From: Candidatus Dormiibacterota bacterium
GTDB lineage: Bacteria; Chloroflexota; Dormibacteria; Aeolococcales; Aeolococcaceae
DNA length: 64,000 bases
Reading direction: 5' to 3'
Assembly (NCBI GenBank): GCA_963709585.1
Contig: CAVPXI010000016.1
Coordinates: 64,001-128,000, forward strand
Of this stretch, positions 31,493 to 42,301 are shown piece by piece; the first letter of the stretch is position 1, and every line of letters starts with the position of its first letter. The translations under genes and the position numbers were made by a program. The notes under the pieces were generated by a model that was not told the DNA's origin, did no database searches, and saw only the letters and a list, made by a program, of their open reading frames with translations.

Positions 31493-32428
31493 TCAGACGC
31501 TGAGGCGGCGATTGACCCCCAGGCGGCGCGGGATGCCCGTTCCGCGCGTGATGGCGACGCCTCCAAGGCAGAGAACGCCCCCGAGGAGCGCCAGCAAAGG
31601 CGGCACGTCGCCCAGCACCACCCATCCCATCGCGATCGCCACCGGCGGGACGAGATACCCCATCGCGCCCATACGGCCGCCGCTGGTGCGCGCCAGGGCG
31701 TACGCCCAGAAACTGAACCCGACCGCCGTGGGAAAGAGGCCGAGATAGATAGCCCACATGACGGTCCCTGGATCCGACCTGCTCAGGTCATGGGCAAGCT
31801 GGGGCGCGAAGGGCAGGCAGGCGACCGCGCCGATCGCACACGCGAGCCAGGTGACGGTGAGGGCTGAGTTGTGCCGGAGCAGGGGCTTTTCAGCGGTAAC
31901 CCCGCCCGCGTACACCGCGGCGGCGGCGATGCAGAGCGCGGCGCCCAATCCCGCCTGGAATCCGCGCGTCGAGGTGGCGAATCCAATCACGACCGCTCCG
32001 GCAAACCCCACGAGGCACCCGAGCACGACGCGTCGAGGAAAGCCCTCCCGAAGAAACAGTCCACTGAGAATCGCCACGAAGACCGGCCCCGTGTTGACCA
32101 GCATGGCTGCGGTGCCGGCGTCGACCGTCTGCTCCGCCTGGTTGAGCAGGAGGTTGTAGGCGCCGAACCAGAGCAGACCGCAGGTCACCAGTCCGGGGAT
32201 GTCGGTGCGCCTCGGAAGCGGCTGCCCGCGGACCGCGACGAGTATCCCGAGGGCGATGGTGCCGACCACCAGGCGCGCCAGGGCGAAAGATCCCGGCGAG
32301 AGCACGCGACCTGCCGCCCGAATCCCCACGAACGCCGAGGCCCACAGGATGACGGTCGCGATCGCCGCGCCGAGCGCGAGGCCGCGTTCGCTCTGCGGCA
32401 CAGCCTGAACAGCGTGGTCGCCGGTCAT
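31493..32428 (-). CDS. DMT/EamA-family transporter
   Basis: About 10 hydrophobic segments, LWASAFVGIR, YLGLFPTAVGF. Confidence 0.9.
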   Translation of the reverse strand: MTGDHAVQAVPQSERGLALGAAIATVILWASAFVGIRAAGRVLSPGSFALARLVVGTIALGILVAVRGQPLPRRTDIPGLVTCGLLWFGAYNLLLNQAEQTVDAGTAAMLVNTGPVFVAILSGLFLREGFPRRVVLGCLVGFAGAVVIGFATSTRGFQAGLGAALCIAAAAVYAGGVTAEKPLLRHNSALTVTWLACAIGAVACLPFAPQLAHDLSRSDPGTVMWAIYLGLFPTAVGFSFWAYALARTSGGRMGAMGYLVPPVAIAMGWVVLGDVPPLLALLGGVLCLGGVAITRGTGIPRRLGVNRRLSV

Positions 32429-32491
32429 CGGTCTAGCCTATTTCCTTGAACACGTCGTCGATAACCGAACAACGAGGTTGCACCCTTCGCT

Positions 32492-32983
32492 GTGAGCCCG
32501 CGCACGAGTCCGATCATCCGCCCGGCCGCTCGTGCGCTCATCGTTAATGCTGCGCAGCGCGTGCTGCTCTTCCGCGGCGAACTGCCCGGGCGTGAACCAT
32601 GGTGGTTCGCTCCCGGCGGCGCGCTCGAGCAGGGCGATACGTTCGAGGCCGCGCTGGTGCGCGAAGTGGGGGAGGAGACCGGCCTCGTGGTCGATATCGA
32701 CGCGGTCCGGGCACCGGTATGGACCCGCGACTTCCTGTTCACGTGGAAGGGCACACGGGAGCGCCATCTCGAACAATTCTTCCTGATCGTGGTCCCGGCG
32801 CACGACGTGGACGCGAGTCGCTTCGAGGCCGCGGAGTCGGAGGTCATCAGAACTCATCGGTGGTGGAGCCTCGACGACATCAGGCGCAGCGCGGAACGCT
32901 TTTCACCGGTGCGCCTGGGCGATCATCTGGCGCCGCTCCTGCAAGGCGCATTGCCGGGCCACCCGGTGGCAGTAGGGGAGTAG
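32492..32983 (+). CDS. NUDIX hydrolase
   Basis: Nudix box GGALEQGDTFEAALVREVGEETGL. Confidence 0.88.
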   Translation: MSPRTSPIIRPAARALIVNAAQRVLLFRGELPGREPWWFAPGGALEQGDTFEAALVREVGEETGLVVDIDAVRAPVWTRDFLFTWKGTRERHLEQFFLIVVPAHDVDASRFEAAESEVIRTHRWWSLDDIRRSAERFSPVRLGDHLAPLLQGALPGHPVAVGE

Positions 32984-35177
32984 TCCTCAGACTTCTTGCC
33001 GAGCCGGCACTGTGCTCGCGTGCCGCATCGACGGAATGGCTGAGCACGATCAGAGATCGCAGCTGCAGCGGGACCTCATCGCCCTCGTGATGCACGCTCG
33101 ATCCACGATGTCCTTCGGGGTCGTCCGTATCCATGACCAGCGTCCACCCGCCGCGCCACCCTGACGGCATCGTCCAGGTGATCGGCACGTCCCCGCTGTG
33201 GAGCAGGATCATCAGCGAGTTCCCCACGATGCGATGACCACGCGGATCGCGGTCGGGGATCTCCTCTCCGTTGAGGATCATGCCGATGGTTCGCTCGCCG
33301 TCGTTGTCCCAGTTCGCATCGGTGAACTCCTCGCCGTTGGGCAGCAGCCAGATGATGTCCTTGCGTCCCGAGCGCCGGGTTGCCTCACCCGAGAAGAAGC
33401 GTTTCCGGCGCAGCACCGGCTGCTCGCGTCGAAACGCGACGACCCGCTGGACGAAGCGCAGCATCACCGGGTCGACGTTGGTCCAGTCGAGCCACGACAA
33501 CTCGTTGTCCTGACAATACGCATTGTTGTTGCCCAGCTGAGTGCGGCCGATCTCGTCGCCACCGCAGATCATCGGGCAGCCCTGGGAGAGCAGCACGGTC
33601 GCGATCAGGTTGCGGCGTTGGCGGTCTCGCAGCGCGGTGATGGCCGGGTCGTCGGTCTCGCCCTCGAGACCGCAATTCCATGAGCGGTTGTCATTGGCTC
33701 CATCGTCGTTTCCTTCACCGTTGGCCTGGTTGTGCTTCTCGTTGTACGTGACCAGGTCGCGGAGGGTAAAGCCATCGTGCGCGGTGACGAAGTTGATGCT
33801 CGCCCAAGGCTGTCGCCCATCCCATTGGTAGAGGCTGCTCGATCCGGTGAGGCAGTTAGCGATGTCGCGCACACCGCCCGCTTCGCCGCGCCAGAAGTCA
33901 CGGACGGTGTCGCGGTACGCGCCGTTCCACTCCGCCCACCGCACCGGGAAGTTACCGACATGATAGCCACCCTCGCCAACGTCCCACGGCTCGGCGACGA
34001 GCTTGACCCGAGAGAGCACCGGATCCTGGTGGATGATGTCGAAGAACGCCGAGAGACGATCCACGTCATAGAACTGTCGCGCCAGGGCAGCTGCCAGGTC
34101 GAATCTGAACCCATCGACATGCATCTCGGTCACCCAGTAGCGAAGACTGTCGGTGATCAACTGCAAGGTGATCGGACTGCTGACGTTGAGACTGTTGCCG
34201 GTCCCGGTGACGTCGAAATAGAAGCGCGGCTCGTCCTCGACCAGTCGGTAATAGGACGGGTTGTCGATGCCTCGAAAACTCAGCGTCGGGCCCAGATGGT
34301 TGCCCTCGCCCGTGTGGTTGTACACGACGTCGAGGATCACCTCGAGCCCCGCGGCATGGAGGGCGCGCACCATGGCCTTGAACTCACGGACCTGGTCCCC
34401 GCTTCGGCCACCGGCGGAATAGCGGCTCTCTGGTGAGAAGTACCCGACCGAGTCGTATCCCCAGTAGTTCACCTGGCCGCGATCGATGAGGTCGCCCGCA
34501 TCGATGAAGTGGTGCACCGGCATGAGCTCGACTGCGGTGACTCCGAGTTGCTGCAGATATTCGAGCGAGCTGGGGTGTGCCAGTCCGGCATACGTGCCCC
34601 GCAATTCCGTCGGAATGTCGGGATTGCGTTTCGTGAACCCCTTCACGTGCAGCTCGTAGATCACGGTGTCAGCCCACGCGGTGTCCGGCCGCCGATCGTC
34701 GCCCCACGGGAAACTCCTGTCGACCACCACGCTTTTCGGCATCGCGGCAGCGGAATCGAGTTGACTGAGGTCGAGATCGTCGCCGTCGAACGAATAGCCG
34801 AACAACGCGGGACCGTGCTCGAACCGTCCCGCGATCGCCAGCGCGTAGGGGTCGAGGAGCAGCTTCCGGGGGTTGTGTCGAAGGCCGTGTCGCGGGTCGT
34901 ACTTCCCGTGAACGCGCAGGCCGTACAGCTGTCCGGGACCGACCTGGTCGATGTACCCGTGCCAGACGAGATCGGTACGCTCCTCGAGTGCATACGTGGC
35001 TGTTTCGACGCCATCCTGCGTGTACAGCACGACGTCGATTGCATCCGCCGATGCCGAATACACGGCGAAGTTCGTGCCCTCACCATCCCAGGTGGCGCCG
35101 AGCGGCGCCTCACTGCCGGGCCAGGCCTGTTGTCGAGGTGTGGATCGGCCTCCCGTCCGCCGGCTAGGAGCGGTCAT
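32880..35177 (-). CDS. glgX: Glycogen debranching enzyme GlgX/TreX (GH13)
   Basis: PLGATWDGEGTNFA, NYWGYD, DVVYNHT, DGFRFDLA, NFVTAHDGFTL; the 3' tail overlaps the NUDIX gene. Confidence 0.95.
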   Translation of the reverse strand: MTAPSRRTGGRSTPRQQAWPGSEAPLGATWDGEGTNFAVYSASADAIDVVLYTQDGVETATYALEERTDLVWHGYIDQVGPGQLYGLRVHGKYDPRHGLRHNPRKLLLDPYALAIAGRFEHGPALFGYSFDGDDLDLSQLDSAAAMPKSVVVDRSFPWGDDRRPDTAWADTVIYELHVKGFTKRNPDIPTELRGTYAGLAHPSSLEYLQQLGVTAVELMPVHHFIDAGDLIDRGQVNYWGYDSVGYFSPESRYSAGGRSGDQVREFKAMVRALHAAGLEVILDVVYNHTGEGNHLGPTLSFRGIDNPSYYRLVEDEPRFYFDVTGTGNSLNVSSPITLQLITDSLRYWVTEMHVDGFRFDLAAALARQFYDVDRLSAFFDIIHQDPVLSRVKLVAEPWDVGEGGYHVGNFPVRWAEWNGAYRDTVRDFWRGEAGGVRDIANCLTGSSSLYQWDGRQPWASINFVTAHDGFTLRDLVTYNEKHNQANGEGNDDGANDNRSWNCGLEGETDDPAITALRDRQRRNLIATVLLSQGCPMICGGDEIGRTQLGNNNAYCQDNELSWLDWTNVDPVMLRFVQRVVAFRREQPVLRRKRFFSGEATRRSGRKDIIWLLPNGEEFTDANWDNDGERTIGMILNGEEIPDRDPRGHRIVGNSLMILLHSGDVPITWTMPSGWRGGWTLVMDTDDPEGHRGSSVHHEGDEVPLQLRSLIVLSHSVDAAREHSAGSARSLRTTPLLPPGGPAMRLAGAAPDDRPGAPVKSVPRCA

Positions 35178-35281
35178 GCAGGTCCAATGATGGCGCACCT
35201 TCAAAAATTGATAGCATCACTTGCATACGTGCTTATACCGCAACTGATACTAGCGAAGGTCATCGTGCCCGGACAGCGCTT

Positions 35282-37688
35282 GTGAGGGCGAATCCTCGCG
35301 CCACCTACCGGGTGCAACTGCGCGAGGAATTCGACTTCGACGCTGCCTCTGCCATCGTGCCGTACCTCGAGGAGTTGGGGATCTCGCACCTCTACTGCTC
35401 ACCGTACATGCAGGCGGCGGAGCACAGTGCTCACGGGTATGACGTCGTCGATCCGACGCGGGTGAGCAGGTCGCTCGGCGGAGAAACCGGGCTTCGTCGC
35501 CTCGATCACGCACTCAGGGCCGCGCAGATGGGGCAGCTCCTCGACATCGTGCCAAACCACATGTGCATCTCCGAGCGCGCGAACATTTGGTGGTGGGACG
35601 TCCTCCGCCGTGGGCGTGGCAGCCCGTACGCGCCGTTCTTTGACATCGATTGGGATGCGCCCGCGCTGCAGGGTCGCGTGCTGCTTCCCGTGCTCGGCGC
35701 GCCCCGAGCCGAGCTGCTCGCCGCCGGCGCACTGCAGGTCGTCAGGGGAGCGGACGACGACCTCGAACTGCACTACGAGGCACACTCGTTTCCGCTCGCG
35801 CCCGGTTCGGCCCTGACACCCGGACCGGTGTCGCTCGAGACCCTTGACGCGCAGCACTACATCCTCGAGGAACTCGGGGACGGGAGCGGCTCATGTCAAT
35901 TACCGCAGGTTCTTCGATGTCTCATCGCTGGCCGGCGTCTGCGTCGAGGTGGCTACCGTCTTCGACACCGTCCTCGCTCGCGCGCTCGAATTGGTCAAGG
36001 ACGGCAGCGTCGACGGGCTTCGCGTCGACCACATCGACGGGCTTCGTGACCCGGCCGCGTTCGCGTCCCGCCTGAGATCCCAGGCTCCGGCGGCCTGGCT
36101 GATCGTCGAGAAGATCCTTGCGACCGGGGAGCAGCTGCCGGTCGACTGGCCGATCGACGGGACCACCGGATACGAGTTCGGCGCCCTGCTGACGTCGCTC
36201 ATGGTCCATCCGGGGGGGCTCTCGGAACTCTCCGAGTGCTACCGCCAGTTCACCGGCGACGCCGGCGACTTTCCAGTCCATTCGCATCGATCCCGCAGCG
36301 AGGTGCTCGAGACCGTGCTGAGCGCCGAACTCAACCGGCTCAATCGCGTCGCTGCCGCAGCCGGAATTGACGATGCGCGGTCAGAACTCGTCGAACTCGT
36401 GGCGGGGATGCCGCGGTATCGGGTCTATCCGCGAGACGACGCCGCGCTCTCCATCGACGACGAGCGAGCGATTGCCGTTGCCGAGGAGTGGGCGCGGCAA
36501 TCCGGTCGTTGTGATGAGCAGCGCCTTGACGCCCTCCTCGCGGCGCTCCGGGGTGAGGACGAACGGTCGGCCGCGAGCGGCGAACTCCGCGTGCGCTTTC
36601 AGCAGGTTGCGAGCGCGGTCGTGGCGAAGGGGGTCGAGGACACCGCCTTCTACCGCTCTGTTCGCCTCGTCGCGCTCAACGAAGTCGGTTCCGACCCGGA
36701 GCGCACCACCAGGCTCGACGAGTTTCACGCGTCGTGCGCCCAGAACTCGAGCCGGCACCCGCTGACATTGCTGGCCACCACCACGCACGACACCAAGCGG
36801 GCGGAGGATGCGCGCCTGCGAGTCGGACTGCTCTCCGAGATGCCGCAGCGATGGCGCGATGCCGTCGCGCGTCTGGACGTCGTCGGCGCGCGTCACCGTG
36901 GCGCGCACCCGCCATCACGCGAAGCCGAATACCTCTTCTACCAGACCATGGTGGCTGCTCATCCGCTGGATGTGGATCGCGCATGGGCGTACATGCTCAA
37001 GGCAGCTCGTGAGGCAAAGCTCGAGACGAACTGGGTGGAGCCGAATCAGCACTATGAGGCGCATCTCGAGCATTTTGTGCGCGCCATGGTGGCCGATCCG
37101 GACGTGCAGGCGGTGATTGGTGAGGTGGTGGCGTCGATGACGCCGGAGTGGCAGACGCTGTCTCTCTCGCAGACGTTGATCAAGCTCACCGCCCCCGGCA
37201 TTCCGGACATCTATCAGGGTTCAGAGCTCTGGGACCAGCGACTCGTGGATCCCGACAATCGCGAGCCGGTTGATTACGAGGTCCGTCGCCGGTTGCTGCG
37301 CGTCGTGATGGCCGATCACGGCAGCTTCATGTCCCAACTCGCGGAAGGCGGTCCGAAGCTGCGCCTGATTGCGACCGCACTCGCGGTGCGAGCTCGCAAT
37401 CCCGAGGCATATGACATCGGCTCCGGATATCAGCGCGTGGTTGCGATCGGAGCGCGTGCGGATCACGCGATCTGTTTCGTCCGCACCCGTGCGGACGAGC
37501 GGCCGGTCACGGTGACGATCGCGTTCCGCTGGCCGCTTTTGCTCCGCCCCGGATGGCTGGAGACGCTGGTGCATCTTCCCCATGGCCGCTGGCGCGACGC
37601 ACTCACCGGACATGATGTGGGAGGCGGTGAGCAGCGCCTGGCGACATTGCTTGACGAAGCGCCCGTCGCGCTGCTGGAGCGCGCGTGA
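35282..37688 (+). CDS. treY: Malto-oligosyltrehalose synthase, split by a +1 frameshift at about 35876-35879
   Basis: PRATYRVQ, HGYDVVD and DIVPNHM in the first frame; NYRRFFDV, GLRVDHIDGL, TTTHDTKR and PDIYQG in the second frame. Confidence 0.9.
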
Positions 37689-37697
37689 CCGCCCGGA

Positions 37698-40130
37698 TCA
37701 GCGTAAAGGCGACGGCGGCGACGTGGCGTCGGGCTCCACCTGCCAGACCGGCAGCGTCAATGCGAACGAGGCACCGCCGCCGGGAGTCGATCGGGCAGTG
37801 ATGTCGCCGCCGTGGAGACGGGCCAGTTCGCGCGAGAGGTAGAGCCCCAGTCCGGTGCCGGAGATGTGACTGTTCTCAGCGGTCACGAGACGGCTGAATC
37901 GAGTGAACAGACGGTGCATCTGCTCTGGCGGGATGCCGAGGCCGTGATCGATGACAGCGACGCTCGCGATGCCTTGGCTCACGGTCGCGTGGCAGCTGAT
38001 CTCACCTCCATTTGGAGAGAACTTGACCGCGTTGTCGAGGAGATTCCTCAGGATCGTGTCGATCCTCCCCGCGTCGACATCGACGAGCACGCCGCTGTCC
38101 GGCAGGCGCACGTCGAGATGGTGGTGGGCGCTGAGCTGCGATTGGATCGCCGACGTCGCGGCGACGAGGATGTCTCGGAGGCTCTGGGGCTCGCGCTCGA
38201 GGCGGGTCACGCCCTCCTCGAGACGCGCGGTCTCGAGCATCTCGTTGACGAGCGCGTTCATGTCGTTGAGCTTTCGCTCGATAACCGGCATCGCGCGTTC
38301 GAGCCCGTCGTCGTCGAGCGACCCATCAGCCATCATGGAGAAATATCCGCGCACCACGGCGATGGGCCCGCGCAGCTCATGCGACGCAAGCTTGAGGAAA
38401 TCGGAGCGCATCTTCTCCATCGCGCGTGTGCGCTCGATGTGCTCGTGCAACCGCCGCGCCTCGGCATCACCGAGGGCGCGGATGCGTTCCTCGGAGGCCT
38501 TGATCTGCCAGACGAGTCCGGCGGCGAACGCGGCGAGCTGCAGCGTCCATGCGTCCTCATGGCTGAATCCCTCGGGTTTGATGGGTTCGTGGGCGGCGAG
38601 GACCCCGAGGCGCAGCGATCCGGCGCGCCATGCGACGGCCATCGTATCGGCGGCGGACATCGCGTGTTCCCGGTCCTGCACGCCCAAGCCGAGGTCCGCC
38701 GCACGCCCGCGAAACACCTCATCACCGAAGACGACGCGATCACGATCGGATGTGCCGGCGGGATCGCACGGCACCGCTCGCCACCGCTGGAACTCGGTCG
38801 CCGCGACACCGTGGGCGCCCGCCGCAGGGATCAACCTCGTGGCGTCGGTGCTGAGCCGCCAGAGCGTGACACGGCGTGCTCCCACGAGCTCTGCGACGGT
38901 CCCGGCGAAACGCGCGTACAGAGCGACGTCTGATGATGTCGCGTCCAGGTGATCGGAGACACTCAGGAGCGCGTGCAGGGCCTTCTGCTGTGCCTCCTTG
39001 GTCTCGGCAAACAGGCTCGCGTTGTGGAGCGCGAGGGCCGCGGAGAGTGCGATCTGTTCGAGGTTGTCCAGATCGAGCTGCGCGAATGGTTGGTCCGTGC
39101 GCCGGCTGACCGCGAGGATGCCGAGAACGCGGCCACCGGTTCTGAGCGGCAGGATCACGCGCGTGCGCACATCCGACAATTGCTCCTGCATATCGGGCGG
39201 CATGCCCGGCATGTCGGAAAAGCCTTCGAACGCCACTTCACCGCTGTCGATCCCGGCGCGGAGTTGGGGTGTGAGCTCCCACCTCGCGCCGATTCGCGCG
39301 GGCACGCGACCCTTGTCGTACCCCGCAATCGCCTCGATCGAATCCGCCTCGAACTTGGTCACGGTGATGCGGTCCACGTCGACCAGTTCGGCGATACGTT
39401 CGACGATCGCCTGGACCACCCGCGGGGGATCGAGAGACGAGGACAGCTCCCTGGTTGCCTCGCTCGTGAGGCGCAGTCGATCGACAAGGCGCTGGGTCGA
39501 CTCCCTCGCCTCGTCGCCGACCACCATGATGCTGATGAGCCGAGTGAAGCGATCCATGATGGCTCGCTCGGTATCGGTGAACGGTCGGGTCTCGGGACGC
39601 CAGAAACCGACGACCCCCATTCCGACGCGCCCGTCGGGGAGGGGCATCCCGGTGGCCATCGGCACCAACCGTCCGATGCGAATGTCGGTGCCGAAGACCT
39701 CCGGCGCGGCGCTCTCCTGGGGAGCGTTGGCGGTCTCGATGGGAACGCGATACAGCATCGCCCGGCCGTGCAGCATGCCCTCGTGCAGGGGCCACTCCTC
39801 GCCGATGAGGCTCTCGGCCCAGGGACCCGACGCAGCGACGACCTGAAACACGTCCGGTCGTGTGGCCGGCACGACCGAGATGACGCACTCGGTATGGGGG
39901 ACGACGCGAGTGCCCTCGGTCGCCATCGTCTGGAGCAGGTCCCGCAGCGGGACGATCTCGCGGGGATCCGTGGGGACTTCATCGAGAAGCCGCGCCACCA
40001 GGCGGCCGATCGCCTCATTGACGCTGGGAAGCTCCTCACCGGTGGGAGAGGGCCAGGATCGGGTCTCGACGACCCCGGAGGACGAGTGCTTCTGGCTCGC
40101 TTCGGGCACGGCTATACGATGCGGAGGCAC
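37698..40130 (-). CDS. Multi-GAF sensor histidine kinase (start uncertain)
   Basis: GAF repeats, HisKA LASHELRGP, NLLDNAVKFS, DHGLG, GTGLGL. Confidence 0.9.
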   Translation of the reverse strand: MPPHRIAVPEASQKHSSSGVVETRSWPSPTGEELPSVNEAIGRLVARLLDEVPTDPREIVPLRDLLQTMATEGTRVVPHTECVISVVPATRPDVFQVVAASGPWAESLIGEEWPLHEGMLHGRAMLYRVPIETANAPQESAAPEVFGTDIRIGRLVPMATGMPLPDGRVGMGVVGFWRPETRPFTDTERAIMDRFTRLISIMVVGDEARESTQRLVDRLRLTSEATRELSSSLDPPRVVQAIVERIAELVDVDRITVTKFEADSIEAIAGYDKGRVPARIGARWELTPQLRAGIDSGEVAFEGFSDMPGMPPDMQEQLSDVRTRVILPLRTGGRVLGILAVSRRTDQPFAQLDLDNLEQIALSAALALHNASLFAETKEAQQKALHALLSVSDHLDATSSDVALYARFAGTVAELVGARRVTLWRLSTDATRLIPAAGAHGVAATEFQRWRAVPCDPAGTSDRDRVVFGDEVFRGRAADLGLGVQDREHAMSAADTMAVAWRAGSLRLGVLAAHEPIKPEGFSHEDAWTLQLAAFAAGLVWQIKASEERIRALGDAEARRLHEHIERTRAMEKMRSDFLKLASHELRGPIAVVRGYFSMMADGSLDDDGLERAMPVIERKLNDMNALVNEMLETARLEEGVTRLEREPQSLRDILVAATSAIQSQLSAHHHLDVRLPDSGVLVDVDAGRIDTILRNLLDNAVKFSPNGGEISCHATVSQGIASVAVIDHGLGIPPEQMHRLFTRFSRLVTAENSHISGTGLGLYLSRELARLHGGDITARSTPGGGASFALTLPVWQVEPDATSPPSPLR

Positions 40131-40136
40131 GTCATT

Positions 40137-40250
40137 TTGATGATAGTGACTATATCACTCAAGATCGAAATCACTCCAGATCGAACAATCCCTGGAAAGT
40201 GGATCGTGCAATCACCTATGATACACTATGGATACCATGTTAGATGATAG
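40137..40250. promoter_or_regulatory. AT-rich divergent promoter region with inverted and direct repeats
   Basis: TGATA-N7-TATCA palindrome; tandem 16-mers ATCACTC(A/C)AGATCGAA at 40154 and 40170. Confidence 0.55.
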
Positions 40251-40262
40251 CGTGGCTGCAAC

Positions 40263-41507
40263 TTGACCACGTCTCCGTCCAGGCGAGTCGCATCCTCCTC
40301 AGCCGGTCGAGGGAGCACGGGCAAGAACCACGCCGCGCAGCGAACAGCTCGAACGGCGACCGCGCGCCGGCCGGGGAGTCAGCGGCTGTGCGAAACGCCG
40401 TCGGTGAGAGCGCTGATGTGGCTGGCCATCATCCTCGCGGTCATCTGGATATTCGAAGGGGCGGCGTTCATCCTCGTACATGTCTTCAATGTGCTCCTGC
40501 TCTTCGTCTTTGCGGGAATCGTCGCGCTCCTCCTGACGCCGCTTGTGGACCGGATCGAGCGCGTCAGGCCCTTTCGCGGACATCGGTCCTTCACCGTTCT
40601 CCTGATCTACGCGATTGGCCTTGGGATCGTTGCCGGCGCGATCATGCTGGTGCTCCCGACGGTTGTCGCGCAAGCGAAAGGAGTCCCCGGACTGCTGCAG
40701 ACCGTCGACCATCAGCTGCGCCAGCACGGCATCTCCTTCTCGTTCGCCTCGCTGATCAACGCGGTGAACGGGCAACAACTCGGCGTGGCACTCGGCGTTG
40801 CGGCGGCCTTCGTGTCGGGGCTGGTCAGCGTGGTGCTGGTCCTGGTCATCTCCATCTATCTCCTGATCGAAGGTCACGCCGTCATCGCAACTGCGCGCAA
40901 CGTCTTCCCGAATCGACAGCGCGAGTTCGACTTCGTTGCGCTCGCGGTTGGGTCGACCGTGGCGGCGTATGTGCGCGGACAGATCGTGATGTCATTCGTC
41001 ATCGGCACCTATACAGGCGTGGCTCTGACCATCGCCGGCGTCCGGTACGCGATTCTGCTCGGGATCCTCGCCTTCTTCCTCGAGTTCATCCCCATCGTCG
41101 GTGCGGTCGCCGCCATGGTCCTCGCCGTCGCCGTGGCCCTGGTGCAAAGCCCGGTGCTCGCGCTCGTCGCCGCTGCGATCGGCCTGCTGGGGCATGCCAT
41201 CGACGCGTACCTTCTGGGTCCGCGCGTGTACGGGCGTGTCACGCGGCTTCACGCACTGGTGGCGATGGCGGCACTGCTGGTCGGCGCGGAGCTGGCCGGA
41301 GTGCTCGGTGCTCTCTTCGCTGTGCCCGTCGCCGCAGTCGGCAACATCTTCCTGGGAGCGCTCTATCGCGCTCGCCGCGGAGAAACACCAATGAGCACCG
41401 CCGCGGATGACGAGGTGAGTGTGGAGACGCTGCCCCGCCTGGGGGAAGAGGTCAGTGCGGTCGAGGACGAGGGCGTGAACCGAAAGCCGGTGCCCCACAG
41501 CGCCTAG
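40263..41507 (+). CDS. AI-2E (PerM) family membrane transporter (start may be ATG 40416)
   Basis: AYVRGQ, EFIPIVG, GVLGALFAVPVAA. Confidence 0.88.
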   Translation: MTTSPSRRVASSSAGRGSTGKNHAAQRTARTATARRPGSQRLCETPSVRALMWLAIILAVIWIFEGAAFILVHVFNVLLLFVFAGIVALLLTPLVDRIERVRPFRGHRSFTVLLIYAIGLGIVAGAIMLVLPTVVAQAKGVPGLLQTVDHQLRQHGISFSFASLINAVNGQQLGVALGVAAAFVSGLVSVVLVLVISIYLLIEGHAVIATARNVFPNRQREFDFVALAVGSTVAAYVRGQIVMSFVIGTYTGVALTIAGVRYAILLGILAFFLEFIPIVGAVAAMVLAVAVALVQSPVLALVAAAIGLLGHAIDAYLLGPRVYGRVTRLHALVAMAALLVGAELAGVLGALFAVPVAAVGNIFLGALYRARRGETPMSTAADDEVSVETLPRLGEEVSAVEDEGVNRKPVPHSA

Positions 41508-41546
41508 CCTGATGACCAGCGAGACGACGACGGATCGAGGGTGAGC

Positions 41547-41954
41547 TCAGCGGGGCGTATCGGCCGACGGGATCGCCGGCGATTCGCGTGACCGCTCGAC
41601 CTTCGTGGACAGCTGCGCAGGTGTCGTGTCCGCCTTGACCAGGAACTCGAGGGCCCCGAGCTTCAGGCCACGCTCGCGCAACTCGGGCTCGCCGTAGTTG
41701 CTGAGAATGATCACCGGGATGTGGGTTGTCGCCGGGTCTCCCCGGAGCCGCTCGAGCACCTCGAACCCGTCGAGGCCGGGCAGGCGGAGGTCGAGATAGA
41801 TGAAGTCCGGCACCTCTTCGTTGGCCATCCGCAGACCTTCCTCGCCGTCGCGTGCGACCACCACGTTGTAGCCATCCGCCGCGAGCCGCAGGCGGTACAT
41901 TTCCGCGGCTGCGGTGTCGTCCTCGATCAACAGAACCTTGACGTCATCGTCCAC
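41547..41954 (-). CDS. Stand-alone response regulator receiver (copy A)
   Basis: GAGGAGG RBS; VLLIEDD, YLDLRLPGLDG, IILSN, FLVK. Confidence 0.92.
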   Translation of the reverse strand: MDDDVKVLLIEDDTAAAEMYRLRLAADGYNVVVARDGEEGLRMANEEVPDFIYLDLRLPGLDGFEVLERLRGDPATTHIPVIILSNYGEPELRERGLKLGALEFLVKADTTPAQLSTKVERSRESPAIPSADTPR

Positions 41955-42076
41955 AAAGCTTCCTCCTCTGACACCCGCCATCGGTGAAAACCCCTGGCAT
42001 CCGGCTCCGCTTCGTTTCTCTGATTTTAGCGCTCCTGCGTCCTCGGGATATTGACACATGACGACTATAAGATTGC

Positions 42077-42106
42077 TTGACACTCCTTATGCCAAGCTGA
42101 TAGTCT
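42077..42106 (+). promoter_or_regulatory. Sigma70-type promoter TTGACA-N18-TAGTCT (extended TG)
   Basis: Perfect -35 and a TAnnnT -10. Confidence 0.6.
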
Positions 42107-42111
42107 GCCTT

Positions 42112-42195
42112 GCGGTCGGAGAACGTCAATCACGCCTGAATTCCTCTCCCCAAAGCCCACCCCGCCGGGGGTCGCGCCCCCGGCGGGGTGGCACC
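42112..42195 (+). ncRNA. Candidate sRNA or structured leader 1
   Basis: Follows the promoter; anti-SD-like TTCCTCTCCCC, then a perfect 15-bp stem (42157-42171/42177-42191). Confidence 0.45.
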
Positions 42196-42301
42196 GTGCC
42201 GGGCAGATGCTAGGGGCTGGTGATGAGCGCGTTCTCGACGGCCGACACACGATATAGACTCCCACTCAATGATCGACAGCGCCCCCGGCTGAGCAGGCTC
42301 G

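Noticed and set aside
32880-33040. C-terminal extension of GlgX overlapping the NUDIX gene by about 100 bp
   Set aside because: Low-complexity tail after the last conserved strand; likely stop-codon drift or a sequence error rather than a domain
35870-35885. Programmed ribosomal frameshift or phase variation in treY
   Set aside because: No slippery heptamer and the G-run is too short; it shares the error signature of two other genes
40143-40163. HspR HAIR operator (ACTCAAG half-site present)
   Set aside because: The left half CTTGAGT at N7 spacing is absent
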